Of a DNA stretch of 64,000 nucleotides, positions 49,900-62,829 are shown one piece after another. Both the position numbers and the translations under genes were made by a program. The stretch is from Calcarisporiella thermophila CBS 279.70 (lineage: Eukaryota > Fungi > Calcarisporiellomycota), in assembly GCF_041956535.1 (NCBI RefSeq), contig NW_027192223.1, forward strand, positions 107,879-171,878, given 5' to 3'. Every line of letters begins with the position of its first letter. Position 1 is the first letter of the stretch. The notes under the pieces are model-generated. The model was not told the DNA's origin, did not search any database, and worked only from the letters and a program-made list of their open reading frames with translations.

Positions 49900-52800
49900 A
49901 TGAGAAGAGCTGCAACAGCAGAGGCATCGCCACCATCGCGAGGGGCTCGCAATCCTCTCATCCCTCACGAGTTCGTTGATTTCCCGACACAGCGGCTCTA
50001 TGCTACCGCGTTGTTCGTTGCTGTTCAGGCATGGAAGGCAAAATCCGTGCTTGAGTATTCCTATCTCGGCGAGGCGCACGCTCCGCACCTGTGGTTGCTG
50101 TTGGATGCGGGCTTCTTTACTTTACTCTATATTCTTCAGATTCCCTGGTTAAATCTCAAGGCTTGGAGTACAATGCTTATGATTACAGTGTTCTGCGTTT
50201 CGGATGTGGTAATATTCTCAGGGTCCAAGGTAACTTCTTTTCTCTAGGTTGAATGGTTCGACTCTCCATTAATGTCTTTTTTATTGTCTATTGTTGCAGC
50301 CTCTTCAGCATTTACCCGCCTTAATGATGTCTCTTCCTGGATTGTTTGGTAATGAACATTCTCCGTTTTGTCTAAAGCATTTCTATCTAAGTGTTATTAT
50401 TGTTTGACCGATAGCCGACTATGCACTTGGATATGCGGGATATCGGCCTGCGCTGTCCCAACGCGAGGTAAAAATCCAAGGTAGGTTGTCAATTATTCTG
50501 TTATGGAGAGAAATATATTAATATTATAGCATATATTAGATGTCTTATACAACGCTTCCCATATCCTCGGAAAACATACTGTACAGTTTCTCCCCTACAG
50601 GTATGAGCCTATGTTCCCACAGTAAATTCTCAACACTAGATTTAACCACATGTTTCTAATGGCATCAATAGTACTGCTAAACTTAATCCGGAAAATCGGT
50701 GCTTCTGTCTCGAGCGCACCCCACCCAAAAAACGAAAGAATGTTCTGCTTCCAATTCTATTCAACGGCACTTCCCCTACATACCTGCAATACTCGCATAT
50801 AGATCTAGTGACCGGCATGCGCCAGCTGGTCAACCTCACCAAACGAGACATTATCCGTTTTCGGCCCTCCGACCACTTCCAACAACAACAGCAACTTCAG
50901 AAAGATTTAGAATTATACTACATTGCAGTGCGGGAGCCTGGATTCTACAAGATCGAGCGTGCTCTGGATCGTAATCAAACTGATATCATGCTTTATAGGC
51001 GGGAGGCCTTGGTTGTTTTATGTCCAGAAACAGATTTCGGAAGGGATAAGGCGGTATCCGGATGGAGAAAGAAGGCACCCACTCAGGTAGTTTTACCACA
51101 GCCACAACACCGTTGTAAGGGCGATGATGAAGAAAGCATCCCACTTTGGCTGCGTGGTCTTCCTCCTTATCGGGTGGAATATGTGCGGCGGGTGAATGGT
51201 GAGAAGTTAGTGGTGACGATGGAGGATGTGAAGCCAGAAGATGGAGAAAGCATCCCAGCCGTTTATGCAGATGGAGGTGCTGTGATGCCCTCTCACTCCC
51301 TCGGACCGGTGGGGTGGGCAAGAGATAAAGAGATGACTTTGCCACTGAATATTACGTTTGATGCACCGGGCGAAGTAGACTTGGAGATCCTTAGCGTGAA
51401 AGATGGGTGTGGCAATACACAAACTTATCTCTCTCCCACTGAACAGCTCTCGGCGGAGGAAGAGGCAGAGACCAGCTTGGAACGAGGCGATTCGCGCCGC
51501 TTCACCATCCATCCACGGCCCGTTGGAAAGCTATTGTGTGATCCGAATAAGCCTATGAAGCTATTACACGGCGGAGAGCCTTTAGAAATCCCATTGCAAA
51601 TTGTCGCCGAAGAGGGAAACGAATGGACCGCTGAGATTGGATTCTATCCTCCGCTTGCCGAGGAGGTGGAAGAAAAAGCGATGAGGCTGCCGAATGAGAT
51701 AAAAAATATTACAGTGCGGACAAAGCGGTCTCTCTTTAAAGTCCATGCTCCTGGTACCTACACGCTAGCATCGGTAATGGATGCTCATTGTCGTGGGGAG
51801 GTGCTCTTGCCCGCATCGTGTCGCGTGCAGGAAGTCGCACCCCCAACGGTGGAGATTTCAACCACCCCAATCAAATCCAAATGCATTGGAGAAATAGGAA
51901 TATCGGCTGCTCTCACTCTGACGGGTGAACCGCCGTTCAACGTCTATTACAAGTATGTTTCCTAAAAACACTCTTTCAGTCTGAACCATATTAACGCTTC
52001 TCCCCTCTCTTGCTATATTCTCCCATTAGAGTGTTCAAGGATAAGGTTCAATTACCAGAAATGCCGCCCAAGTCTATTGATAAGACTCGCCATACACTCT
52101 CCCTTATTCCAGACGTAACGGGATCCTATGAATATGTGTTCTATCGCATAGACGATGCCAACTACGAGAAGATTCCCATTCAAAACACGGTAATACGACA
52201 AGTTGTGCACCCACAGCCCAGGGCGGAATTCCTCCAAAAGCCGGTCCAAGGTCCAATCAAGAGCTGTGTAGGGGGTCGCACTGCTCTCGCTATTCGTATG
52301 AGTGGTATCGGGCCCTGGAAGCTACATTACGAAATCATCCACAAGAGCCATCGGCACACTTACTCGGCCAATGTGAACGATTTCTATCATACAATTGAGA
52401 CCCCTCCACTTGAAGCTGGCGGCTTGTACACGGTTTCGTTGCTACGTATTGAGGATGCCAACGGTTGTGTCCAAGACTTGGATACTAGCGACCTCACCAT
52501 TGACGTACGACCTTTCCGGCCCTCAGCCGCATTCCACTCTCCCTCGACACCAGAGCATCCGGCTTTCTTCCTCGAAAATCACACCGCCCAGCTACCGCTT
52601 GAACTTACGGGCAATAAGCCATGGACAGTTACCTACAAAGCCGTTGGCGAGACAAATTCTCAGCAGGCCATTTTAATGGATCCTAATGGCTCATTAGAGG
52701 TGATGCGGCCCGGACTGTATGAGATAGTGCAGGTGCGTGACGCTTATTGCGCCGGTAAAGTTGTTCCGGATGCAAGCAGATATGCAGTCGCCTGGCATCC

Positions 52801-54028
52801 TCGTCCGTCTGTGATGTTCGATATGGAGCAGGTGCAGAGAAAACAAGACACAAAGGGTACTACTTACTATGAGCGACAGAAGGTTTGCCAGGGAGACTTG
52901 GATGCCGTTGACTTACACCTGAGCGGGAGGGCCCCTTGGCTTGTGACATACGAGCGATATTTCAAACCGCTTGGGGCGGCCGAGTTCCAGCGCCCTGATC
53001 GCCTGGATCTTTCCGCCAGCTTCCCGAAGACCAAGCTCCATCTCCAAACTACTGAGGCAGGCACTTACACATACCGAATCGGGGACATTGCGGATGACAT
53101 GTACGTGAAATCAGTTCCTCTCGCCAAGCAGCTAGTACTCGAGCAAAAAGTCTACCATAAGCCAAGTGCTCAGTTCATTAAGCCCACCGCCGTGCGGGTA
53201 GCCTGTGTTGGACAGAGCGGGGTCATCGGAGCGGAGAAACCACTTGTGCTCGAGTTCAAGGGGCTGCCTCCCTTCAATGCTAAGATACGGGTGCGACACG
53301 AAAATACCCCGCTCGAGAGTGAGTCCGAGCACGAGATGGTCCAGCTCTCCAATATCACAGAGTCACGACATACTCTCTCGCTCCCAACACGCTTCGATCG
53401 CATTGGCACTTATATCATCACCCTTGAGGAGGTGAGCGATGCTTCTGGGTGTGGCCAATCTATTCCGGTCCACTCCGAAATGGCTGTCAAGATCCAAGTG
53501 TTGGATACTGCTTCTATCACTCCCCTCTCTAACAATCAAGTCTATTGTGTTGGTGATGAGGTACGTTTCTCGCTGCAGGGAGTGGCACCGTGGACCGTGT
53601 CGTACGCCTTTGATCAGAAACGCGACACTGTTTCGGTTTCGAATGTGGACTTTGTAAGGTTTGCTGATCGCCCAGGTGAATTGCGGATTGAAAAAGTCTG
53701 CCACCTCCGTAATCAGTGCTGCACCGAGCCAAATCATGGGGTGATTGTGAAAGATATACCCGGGGCCCGAGTAAGTGGCGGGCGAGAAATAATCGAAACG
53801 TTGCGCGAGGGCGACAAAACCGAGATCAACATTGAGCTCATCGGCGAGCCGCCATTCACGTTCACATATACTCGGTCTGCGCCAGGGGGAATTCTTGAGA
53901 AGCACACGGTGCGTGACGTGCAGGACAACAAGTACACGCTCTACACTAGTCAGGAGGGAACATTCGAGGTGGTGTTTGTTGCAGACCGATGGTGCCAATA
54001 TCCCCATAATAGAGCTACCCATACATAG
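49900..54028 (+). CDS. POM152: Nuclear pore membrane protein Pom152
   Basis: PLIPHEFVDFPTQRLYA N-terminus, TM region, SHILGKHTVQFLPY and TAKLNP. Repeated Ig-like units (LxGxPP[FW]xxxY). C-terminal GEPPFTFTYTR...DRWCQYP. Confidence 0.92.
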
Positions 54029-54459
54029 TGAAAGAACAGAAAACAGAACTGCATTTTCGCTCTATCCTTTTATTATTATTTTATTTTACCTTATTATTTC
54101 TTTCTTTCTCTCTCTTGTGTAAATAATGCAAATGGAAATGCTTAGAAAAATAAAACCATGCTTCTGAATCATGGTTGCAGCCTAGTTTTTGGTTCACTAC
54201 TAGATCTTGGGTGTTTACCACGTCAAGAGATCTGACAGGATAGCCTCTCGACCGCCCATGTAACCCTAAACTATAGCCTGCTTTCTGGGAACCCATCTTC
54301 AAGGACATTTTTACCCTCTGTCTTGTCTTTTACAATCCTATATTTTAAACCTTACATTAAAATCTTGAAAACAGGGGGAAATTGGGATAGGAATGAAGGA
54401 TTATGCTAAGTAATCCAGATTCGGATAATATACACAAAAAAGAAACGACATAAACGCCT

Positions 54460-57158
54460 CTACACACAGATGCTCTCCTCCTCATCATCTCCAATATTTA
54501 GATAGCGTCTCAGCATTCGAAGTACTTGAGCTGCGAGCCCGAGGACCGTCATCCCGTTCTCCTCGGATGTCATCCGGACCTGAATCCCACTTGCGTCCTG
54601 GTGTCTCTCGAGCTCCACCACATCCGCCTGCAACGTGGCGTTGCCCTCATTCGTCACCAGGTGCTCGGGCACCACTATCTTCAAGCTTCCACCCCACCGC
54701 TTGTCCGCATCCAATGCTCTAGCATGCTTCTTTTTGCACTGATTTCCTCCAAAGATACTGCGCGCACGACACACCACCTTTCGCGCACACTTGATCAGAT
54801 TCTTCTCGCACTTTTTGGGAAAGCGCACGGCAGAATTTCGCGTCGCGAGGCGGGTGTAGCGGTCGAGGAGGGGGTCCATTTGAAGCTTGTCCGCGGAGAT
54901 CAAGCGTTCGGTCAGCTCTACCACAAGCAAACAATATGGGTCAGATAAGACTCCATATACTTAGCAGGTGAACGTCAATTTACCATGCCAAGAGTGAGCG
55001 CTAAGATCCTCTAAATCATATGTACTCTTAGCGTCATAGAGCAGGCTCCAGTTCGGTTCCTCCTCTGGGTTTTTATTGGCCGCATCAAGGTCAAAGGAGT
55101 ATGTGTAGTGGTTGAGAATGCGATACGTTTTCTTCGAGAGCTTATAGACTCTAAATTTGGATGAATATTTTAGAACTATTACGTGTGCTAGGATGAATTA
55201 TGGAATCTAGAGATTTTACCGAAACGCAGGGTTCAAGTCTTTGTAGGGAGTCACACTGGGGGCAACGTAAGCCACGTTGACGGGTTGAAGATCGTCGGAT
55301 TGCGGATCATAAAACACATGGAACTCATCATAGTGGGAGTGTCCTGTTTCCAAGAATGAGAGCACAAAGATCGAGTCAATCCTGCACAAATGCTATCTAA
55401 GGAAAGCTTACCGTAAAATTGGCTCACAATAGTGTCGTTAAATCTTGCTACAATCCTCGAAAAAGCGCGGGCCATTTCAGGGAAGGCATCCAAGTCAAGA
55501 GGGCTCATATGCCCAATGACGATGACCTTCTTCCCCTCCCTCTCGGCATTCCATAGCTCACTGACCAACCAGCTTAACATGCCCTCAGGGTCTGGCTCGT
55601 CGTCAGGGCGCATCAACATCCACCAGTTCAAATTGTAGAAAAAGTTGGTGTTGAGAGAGACGAGTCTCAGAGTGGGCGTGAGAGAAGCAGAGTAAAAGCC
55701 AGCGGTGACAAATGTGGAAGGGGGAATTTGGTTGGCGAACCAGTGCTTCCACAGGGACGAGAGGTGATGGTAGAGCCAAGAGGCGGAGGGCGCCTCAGGA
55801 GTGCGGTGAGTGGGAAAGGAATTGGTAGGGACACCCTCATGGTTTCCTATACATCATACAATAAGAACACACGATTCAATATGGTGCAATAAAATTGAAG
55901 TTTGGATGTATGGTTGAAGAGAGTACCGATGGTCAGGTAAAGAGGAGTTTCGCCGAATGTGCGCAGGAAATCTGAGGAGGCAGCGCTCGAAGTGCTCCGT
56001 AGGGTAGAAATTGTTTCCGCCCATATATCTATATGAAGAGCTAAGGGTTAGCGTAATCTACGATGAAAATAGGGCCACAGCCAAACATTCAATCTGCATC
56101 ACCATGGGGTGGCATATCTCTATTAAGGGTGCAAAGAAAGATGGAATTGAGCCGGGTGCGTTTTGGATGGTTTGGAGTAGGCCGACTTACCCAGTCATGA
56201 TCGCAAAGTCTATGCTTGGAACAAGCTTGGGAATCATCTTGATGATATTTTCAACAAGCGCCTTCGGCACATCGCACTTGTATTCTCCCCAGCGGCCGGC
56301 CGGTTTTTTCACGCCCTTGCCATTGGGCGGACGGCAGCAGATAGGATCCCGGCAGTCACCCTCCAATCCCTCCTAATACCATATTGCATTTTTCAACGGA
56401 AGAGTCACCTACAAAATCCGACTCCTTTAACTTGCCTGGTATTCGGGGTCATAGTGCCAGTCCGTGAGTTGGACAAGTGTTATGGCATCTTCTTCTTCGT
56501 CTCCTCCCGGTGGTATTGTATCGGTTCTATTTGGTGCAGGTGGCGGTGGAGGTAGCGGAATCTCCCAAGCATCAGAGGGAGAAGGGAGGGGGCACATTCG
56601 AAGCTTTCGGCACATGTTGATCGGCTTGAAGAAGGTGTTTCCGAGCACCGTGAGGCCCCACGGGCCAAATTCAGGGACTATTCCCTTGCACTAGCAGTTC
56701 ATATTAGTTAGAATGAGGTCGGTATCCAGGGGGGAAAAGACAGGCATTGCGCCATAGAGATGGACTCTACCACATGCTTGGACTGAATTCCCAGCCTTGC
56801 GCATATCTCCGAACTAGTGTACAATATTGCCTCGCGCGTAAAATTGAGCTGGACCAATTTTTGAATCTTGCTGGCCAGGGGCAGGCACACTTCACATGTA
56901 AAAGACGCAGGCTATTTCGGCAGCGCGAGTAAGTAAAATTTTGCTCTTTGTGCCGCCTTAAGAGGGCTTTACCTTGGTATTGCCGCTGGACGTTTTCACC
57001 AGCATCTCAACATTCGGCTCCCACTCGACCTCCTCCAGCAGCGTGTTCCATGGCGCCTTGAAGTTGGAGCTGCCACGGCGGAAGGGTTGCTGGAGAGAGG
57101 GCGCGTACGAGGGTGTGAAGAGCAGGAATAATGACACGACAACTACAAGCCGTGTCAT
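54460..57158 (-). CDS. Acid sphingomyelinase-like metallophosphoesterase with saposin-B domain
   Basis: Signal peptide and saposin cysteines (CEVC...ICARL...CKG...MCRKLRMC). LTDWHYDP, GEYKCDVP, GNHEGVP, SLNTNF, IGHM, FYG|HSHYDEF and LNPAFR. Confidence 0.9.
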
Positions 57159-58686
57159 GGGATGGGGAGAGATGCAAGAGAATGATCAGGAGGCGGGGCA
57201 ACTTAGAGTGAGCCAAGGTGGAAGAGTTAGAAGAGAGCTAGAAGGACATCAACCCCTGGGATCTGAGAGAAAGGGCCACATTTTTAATAATCATATACTG
57301 GGAAAGGCAGGGCTATCTATCTTTAATAAAATGCCCAACGGTCTCTGCATGCGGAGGCAATTCTATTGGTTGATTGGGCAGACTGCGGTTAGGGGAATAT
57401 TAATCCAAATTTTAGGTTGAAACGTGGAAATCAAGATATTCTGGTATTGGAAGGGATGCGCATCTCCAGTGCTGACTGTGCTGAGGCTATAGGGACTTGC
57501 AAAGGTGTCTGAGCTGGTAAGTGAGCGTGCGGTATAAAGCAAAGCCATTCCTTTTGGCCCTTTCTTTGTAGCCGTAATACGGCTAGTCCCTCTAGTCATA
57601 AACTCGCATACTATTGCAACATAGGGTTAGCTTGTGAACAGTTTAAAGGCCAGGAGTTTTTTGCTAGTTCATCCATGATATAATACTCCTTTAACTATAG
57701 AGTAGGCGTCTGCATCATGAGGACCATATTGATCTTAGTACAACGAATTCTTTATTAAATATAAGCGCTTAACATAATCTCGCGTATTTTTTCGACGTGA
57801 AATGCTCCGAGACGGATCGATGTTAAGGTCTTACCCCCCCCCCCCTGTGACTGGAAGCATGAGGTCGAGGGCATCTAATAAATAAATAAATAAATATTTC
57901 ATTACGGGTGATTATTTAGATTTGGCTCCAAACTTCAAATTGAAGAGGCCCTAGATAGTTTATTTCTTCTCTCATTAGTTATCCACTTTGAACTCGCCCC
58001 GAGTTGCAAATGGACCGCAACTGATCGCTATCTTTTCAGCCTTTTCTTAAACAAAAGGGTCGAGAACAGTTGACCCACAAAGAAATCATTGAGAGGCCCA
58101 GCCCCCATGGGACAGCGGTGAAAAATAATTGTCCGTTCAGGATTGCAATTTAAGAAATTGGGTGCCTTCAACGTTTGGCTCCGACTTTTCAATTCTTACA
58201 GTACAAAAATAATAAACGAGTGCCTTTTTTATTTTCCTTACTTTCTCCACTCAGCTGCCACAGTGGGAAAATGATTATCCTAATGCTAGTACAAAAGAAA
58301 CAGGAAAGGAGAAAAAGAAAAATATGTATCAGGAGTGTGGCAGTGTAATGCTAACGAACAATATCAACAACTGGAAAGTGAAATAGAAAAAAAAAGAAGC
58401 TACTATTAATAGTTTAAATGTTAAAAGTATAATTTAACATATCGAGACAGTTAAGCAGAGACAGTTTCATGAACAGGAGTATAGTTAAAAATAACAAGCA
58501 CTCACACACATACAAATGATAAAAAATAAAACTAAAAAGGAGCGGGGTGGGGTTTTTCACAAGCCCAACAACAATAGAAGCGAGCAAAGAGAAACTAGAC
58601 ATTCCAACTATTATTTCCCGTTCAAATGAATTAGAGGATTTAGTGAACAACAATTAAACTCAACAACCCCTCCACATCTGTATTAG

Positions 58687-61600
58687 TTAGAGCTCAAAGG
58701 ACGGCATCCTCCCATCCATTTCTTCTCCTTCGTCCAGATAGATTATATTAATCGAGCTGGGGGACGGTGGCTCGCAGAGGAGAGAGCTACGATACTCGAG
58801 GTCGATGGGCGTCGAGGGGAGCTCTGGAAGCGGCAGCAAATCAACACTGCTCGTGTGGGGCTCTCTTGGAAGGGCTGCCGAAGGGGATTTGTCATGCTGT
58901 GGCACTTCGATGGGTTGTGAGTCGTGGTAGATCGAAATCTCGATGTTGGGCAGTGCTCCCGGGGCATGGCGGCTATTGCCGCTGCTTCCGCTCGTGCGAT
59001 AAGAGTAGGAGCTCTGAGAGTCTAATACGGAGGAGAACTCGATGGCGGAGCCAAATAAGCTCGAGGAGGGCGACGTTGCTGAGCCGCCCGATGAGCGTTG
59101 ATTGGAGCCCAGCGAAAGCAGAGAGAATTGCTCGGTGGGAGTACCCGTCCTACTGGAGTGGCGGCTGACCGATGACGATCTCAGCGGGTCGAGGAGGAAG
59201 AATGGGTTCGACTGAGCGTTCCGTTGGCGAATATCTTCGAGGACGGCCACGGGCCTGGGGCCCAGGTCCAGAGAGTTGTGCCTCGAGCGTCTCCAGGAAC
59301 AAACCGATTCTCGACCGTCCGAATCCGTGTCCCTCACCGGAAGGGCAGCGACCACCCCCCCACTGCTCTCGGACACACCGAAGAACGAGTTGCGACATCC
59401 AGCTCCATAATCGACACTGAAGGTGCGGCGTCTCCTTGTGAGTGTAAGCTCAAGCTTCAGCTGGGCGCGATAAGCCTCCATCGCTTGGTGATCGAGGTTG
59501 TGAAGGGCATTGATGGACTGTTGGAAGGACTGATTTGCAGCAGGTGGCGTTTTGGGCTGCGCCGAGGATGCTGCCTGGGAATGGTACGCGGCTTGGGCAT
59601 GGGCATGGTTCCCAGAGGCAATGGGGCCGGATCCGCTAGTAGGGTAAGGTGCCATATTACCATAGGCGGCAGTGCTCCCATCGCTCGCATTTGGTATCGG
59701 TGAGATATAGGGCTGTTGATAGCTGTTGTGATATGAGCCTATATAGGATGACGGGGCATTGGTCTGTGGGGCCGCGTACAACTGGGTAAACTGAGCTGCA
59801 TCCCTAGCCTGCGGTTGAAGAGTTTGCTTGGTAGGAGGCGCCTCAAAATCGGTATTGAAATCGTCGTATGAACCTATAAAAATTTACGCAAGGATGAGCT
59901 CACATACAAAGGGTAGGTTTGGGGGTCCCCAATGCTTACCACTATCGCGTTTTCGTACGTATGCTCGTGCCTTCTTCACCAGCATGGACAGTAGCGCGAT
60001 GCCAACGAGACATGCAAACGCAATACCTGCGTATTTGCCGACCTGCTCGAGCGGAGAGGAGACGCTCTTCATCATGCGATCAGTCTCAGCGAGACCCTCT
60101 TGGGTACAAACACCGGCGCGACACGAAAGAGTAGGTGAGGCAGTTGCAGGAACATCCGGTGAAAAGGTGGTGGTGGTTGGGCTTGCCACATCCACGTGCA
60201 TATTAGCGTCATCGTCTTTGTTATTGTTGTGATCCTTCGGGGAGGGGGACGACTTCGAAGTATCAATAGTAGGGGTTGGTTTATCCTTGCCATGATCAGG
60301 GTTAGCGGCCGTAGTGGTGGCTGTGGCCGTATTGGTGTTGCTGCTGTTATTGGCGCTGGGGGCTTGGGCAGAAGCACTATTTAGAACGGGAGTTGCCTGA
60401 GCAAGTTGAGAGTCAGCGTTACCCGCCGTGCTTTGTGGAGGGGTTGAGTTCTGGTCTGAGTTGCTGGCAGTATTGAGTGCGCTTTCGGTAGGGGTGGCTT
60501 GCTCATTAGCCGTCGAGGTCTGTGATGGTACGTTTGTGCCGCCCTCTGACAAAGGGTCAATGCTAGAAGTCGCTAAAGCGGTCGGCATAGAGGTTACCAA
60601 AGCATCCCCCGGCTCAATCTGGGTTGAAGGGAATGGAGCTGAAGTGGGGGCCGACTCTGTGGCACTTTCAGTTGTAGTGAGCTTCGAAGTAGCGTCAGCA
60701 GAGGCAAGCAGGTCCGAAAGGGTGAGGGTCGGTTGGATCGAAGCAGGCTCCGCACTTGGTGACGGATTCGTATCTTCCGGAGTCACATTTGGTTGGGCTG
60801 ATGCGGTAGCCAAGGAAGGACCCACGGTGACAGTCGAGGTAGTGAAGACCACGTTGTTGGGTTCGTTCGACGGAGTAGGAGCCTTTCCCAGCTGTTTTGG
60901 CCTCCTTCTCCGGGTGGGAGTTGGGGGAAGAGTCGGCGGATTAGGAGGAGGTGGAGATAGAGGAGACTGAGGCGCCTGAGGAAGGTCAGCATTAGGCTTA
61001 CCCTTGGCCTTCTCTTTCTCCCTTTCTTTCTCCTCTTTCTCCCGTTCTTTCTCCTCCTTTTCCCTCTCCTTTTCCTTCTCTTTCTCCTTCTTCTCTCTTT
61101 CTTTTTCCTTTTTCCGGTCTTTATTGCCATCGGCAGGATTCTGGGCATTATCTACGGGCGCACCGTTGATCAAGATGTTGACCTTACTCTTGTCCTGGTC
61201 GGCATTGGGATCGGGCGGGGGAGGAGAGGAAGGTAGAGGGACGGGCGTGGGCTGCTTATTCTCCGCTTCCTCTTTCTGCTGCTTCTCTTTTTCGTTATCT
61301 TTCCCCTTCTGAGGTTTACCTGGAGCCTCTTTAATGGGTGCCAATTCCTTCTCCAGACCTTTTTCCTTCTCCTTCCCATTTTCGAGCGGCTGTGGAAGCA
61401 CAGGCTTTGGTCCTGAGGCTTGGTTGGCCGAGTTGTTCTCAAACGGTTTGCCATTGATGCCGTCGAAGATGGCCTGAATGATCGAAGAGGCCATCTTGGT
61501 TCCCATCTCCGCCGGGTTGATAAAGTTGCCTCTATGGAATTGATTGTTTTCCTGGAACTTTTCCAGAACGCCCTCTCTGCGGCCATTCCCAATACGTCTA

Positions 61601-61827
61601 TTGGCGGCGATGTCATCCTGCCCAGGCGGAAGGGCCCCGGGTTCTCCTGTTGCCCCGCTTGCAGGGTTATTACCTTGGTCCGAAGGGTTGTCACGACGAA
61701 CCATGACTAAAGTGTGTGAAAGTAGAGTTAGCCAGAGAACAAAGGTAGAGGGATATGGAGAATGGATATATATACTGTTGTTCACATCATTGGATCTTCT
61801 ATGTGGTGTGGAACTGGAAGGAGCCAT
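58687..61827 (-). CDS. Single-pass cell-surface protein with KE-rich and Ser/Thr/Pro-rich ectodomain (mucin/sensor-like), one intron ~59874-59939
   Basis: N-terminal hydrophobic stretch and TM YAGIAFACLVGIALLSMLV followed by KKARAYVRKR. A phase-1 GTAAGC...TAG intron joins it in frame to ORF 58687..59781. Confidence 0.7.
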
Positions 61828-62829
61828 GTTGGACAGAGTTACTGAGGAATAGTATGCCTTGGAGAGAGGATACCAGGAAGGTGAGGAGAGGTGAAGAGAT
61901 TAGTTACAGGTCGGGTTAGCACACAACGGCATTCATTCATCAGTGAATGCGGATAGTCACCTCTTCCACCACGCAAATGCCTTCCTAAAGGAATGAACTA
62001 GAATTTGATGGAATGAATGAATGGAAATGAAATGAAGGTAACGAAATGCCGCCGGAGAAAACAGGAATGTAGTGAGAGAAAGGCATGGTGACAGTTAAAA
62101 GTCGAGCATAAAATTAAATTACCGTGTTCTCGTCACACAAATTAGGCGCATCTCCCAGGTGGCCCGTGCTTCAAAGGTTACGGTGGCAGCAGAAATAAGG
62201 AAAATCGGACCAACATGTATACAACGAGAATGGCACAGAGCATTAAAATCGCCGTACAAAACGACTCCGCTTTTGCGGATTCCATAGTTCCAGCTCTCAC
62301 CGCCAAAGCATTTGTGCCGGTTGTGATTTAATATCTCTTTATCTTTATATATTCTAAGCCCATCGCCCAGCGCTCATTAGAGCGCTAGTCTCAATCTTTC
62401 CATGTGGATTTCCTCCCTTGGAACTGTGCGAGGTTGTTGCAAACCATAGACAGGACGGCGAGGTCCTCGTTGTGTCTCGGTCCCCAGCCACTGCTCAATA
62501 AATATTGCCTTTATTGAAGCTTTGGATGCTTCGGAGAGTTCGTCATTTTTTACAGTGGGATGCATAAATTATCACAAAAAATGTCAAGAGTCGCAGAGAA
62601 AATCGGTGCAAAAGAAAGAAAGAAAGAAAAAATTTAGCGACTGCAAATGCGCAAGCATAGGGCTAGAAAAGGTGGGGAAGGAATGAATAAAAAAAAAATT
62701 AAATCAAACCAAACTTAGGATGAAATCATAATTTAATAGTATTAATAATAGTAATAAGTAGGTTACTTATAACAATAAACTGGATGATAGGGGAGATGTA
62801 AATCAGCGTGTGTTATTCAAAAACGAATT

